From NCBI GenBank assembly GCA_965208575.1, contig CBDBOV010000005.1, forward strand, positions 352,001 through 416,000: 64,000 nt of DNA, in the 5' to 3' direction. The DNA comes from Spirochaetia bacterium. GTDB lineage: Bacteria; Spirochaetota; Spirochaetia; SZUA-6; Bin103. Positions within the stretch are counted from its first letter, which is position 1; the number at the start of each line of letters is the position of its first letter. The notes under the pieces were generated by a model. It ran no database searches. It saw only the letters and a list, made by a program, of their open reading frames with translations, and had not been told where the DNA came from. Shown here piece by piece: positions 63,679 to 64,000 of this stretch. The position numbers and the translations under genes are program-made.

Positions 63679-64000
63679 ATGAAGGAATGGGGCGTAATCA
63701 AACGAATTGCGCTGCTGATGGTGGTCGCGGCCCTGGGGTTCGCGATGGTGGCTTGCCAGGGCGCCGTAGGGCCATCTGGCGATGAGGGTGGCCAGGGACA
63801 AACCGGTAAGACCGGAGGGGTAGCACCCGCTGTCACCGCGGACGGCGTGAGAGCGCATGGCGGGTACACCTTTGAGGTAAGTGAAGACACGTACAACTGG
63901 TACCGAGTCAACAGGTGGTTCTCCGACCCTGACGCCACAGCCGAGACTGCTGCGCTGGAGTTCAGCGTGGACTCGTCGAACCGGAAAGTCGCGACGGCAG
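63679..64000 (+). CDS. Lipoprotein with a short collagen-like repeat and the start of an Ig/cadherin-like domain, 3' partial, not in the ORF track
   Basis: SD ggaggg. MKEWGVIKRIALLMVVAALGFAMVA-C lipobox, G-X-Y x7, WFSDPD...SSNRKVATA. Confidence 0.75.
   Translation, partial: MKEWGVIKRIALLMVVAALGFAMVACQGAVGPSGDEGGQGQTGKTGGVAPAVTADGVRAHGGYTFEVSEDTYNWYRVNRWFSDPDATAETAALEFSVDSSNRKVATA

Overview
High-GC bacterial chromosomal window. The spirochaete-style LWA-ending signal peptides and the many family-5 solute-binding proteins (SBPs) suggest a host-associated Spirochaetota-like lineage (inference only). Contents: (1) catabolic genes for acyl-CoA, amide and organic-acid metabolism; (2) five paralogous Dpp/Opp-type SBP loci in progressive stages of decay, none with an ABC ATPase; (3) many toxin-antitoxin or defence-like genes and gene fragments between those loci; (4) a PyrR-attenuated pyrR-B-C-carAB-pyrK-D-F operon; (5) two membrane-LytTR regulators and a frameshifted LuxR-type regulator, divergent from a collagen-repeat lipoprotein that runs off the window. 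The most notable unexplained signal is a leader architecture in front of all five SBP loci: sigma70-like promoter, a 30-45 codon uORF carrying CACCGGTTRAC and a C7-C13 homopolymer read as Pro-Pro(-Pro), then a C-rich tract and a structured RNA segment. It is a candidate undescribed proline-leader attenuator or slippage switch. Also notable are 34-70 bp gene fragments displaced or inverted at deletion junctions, and a small MITE family.
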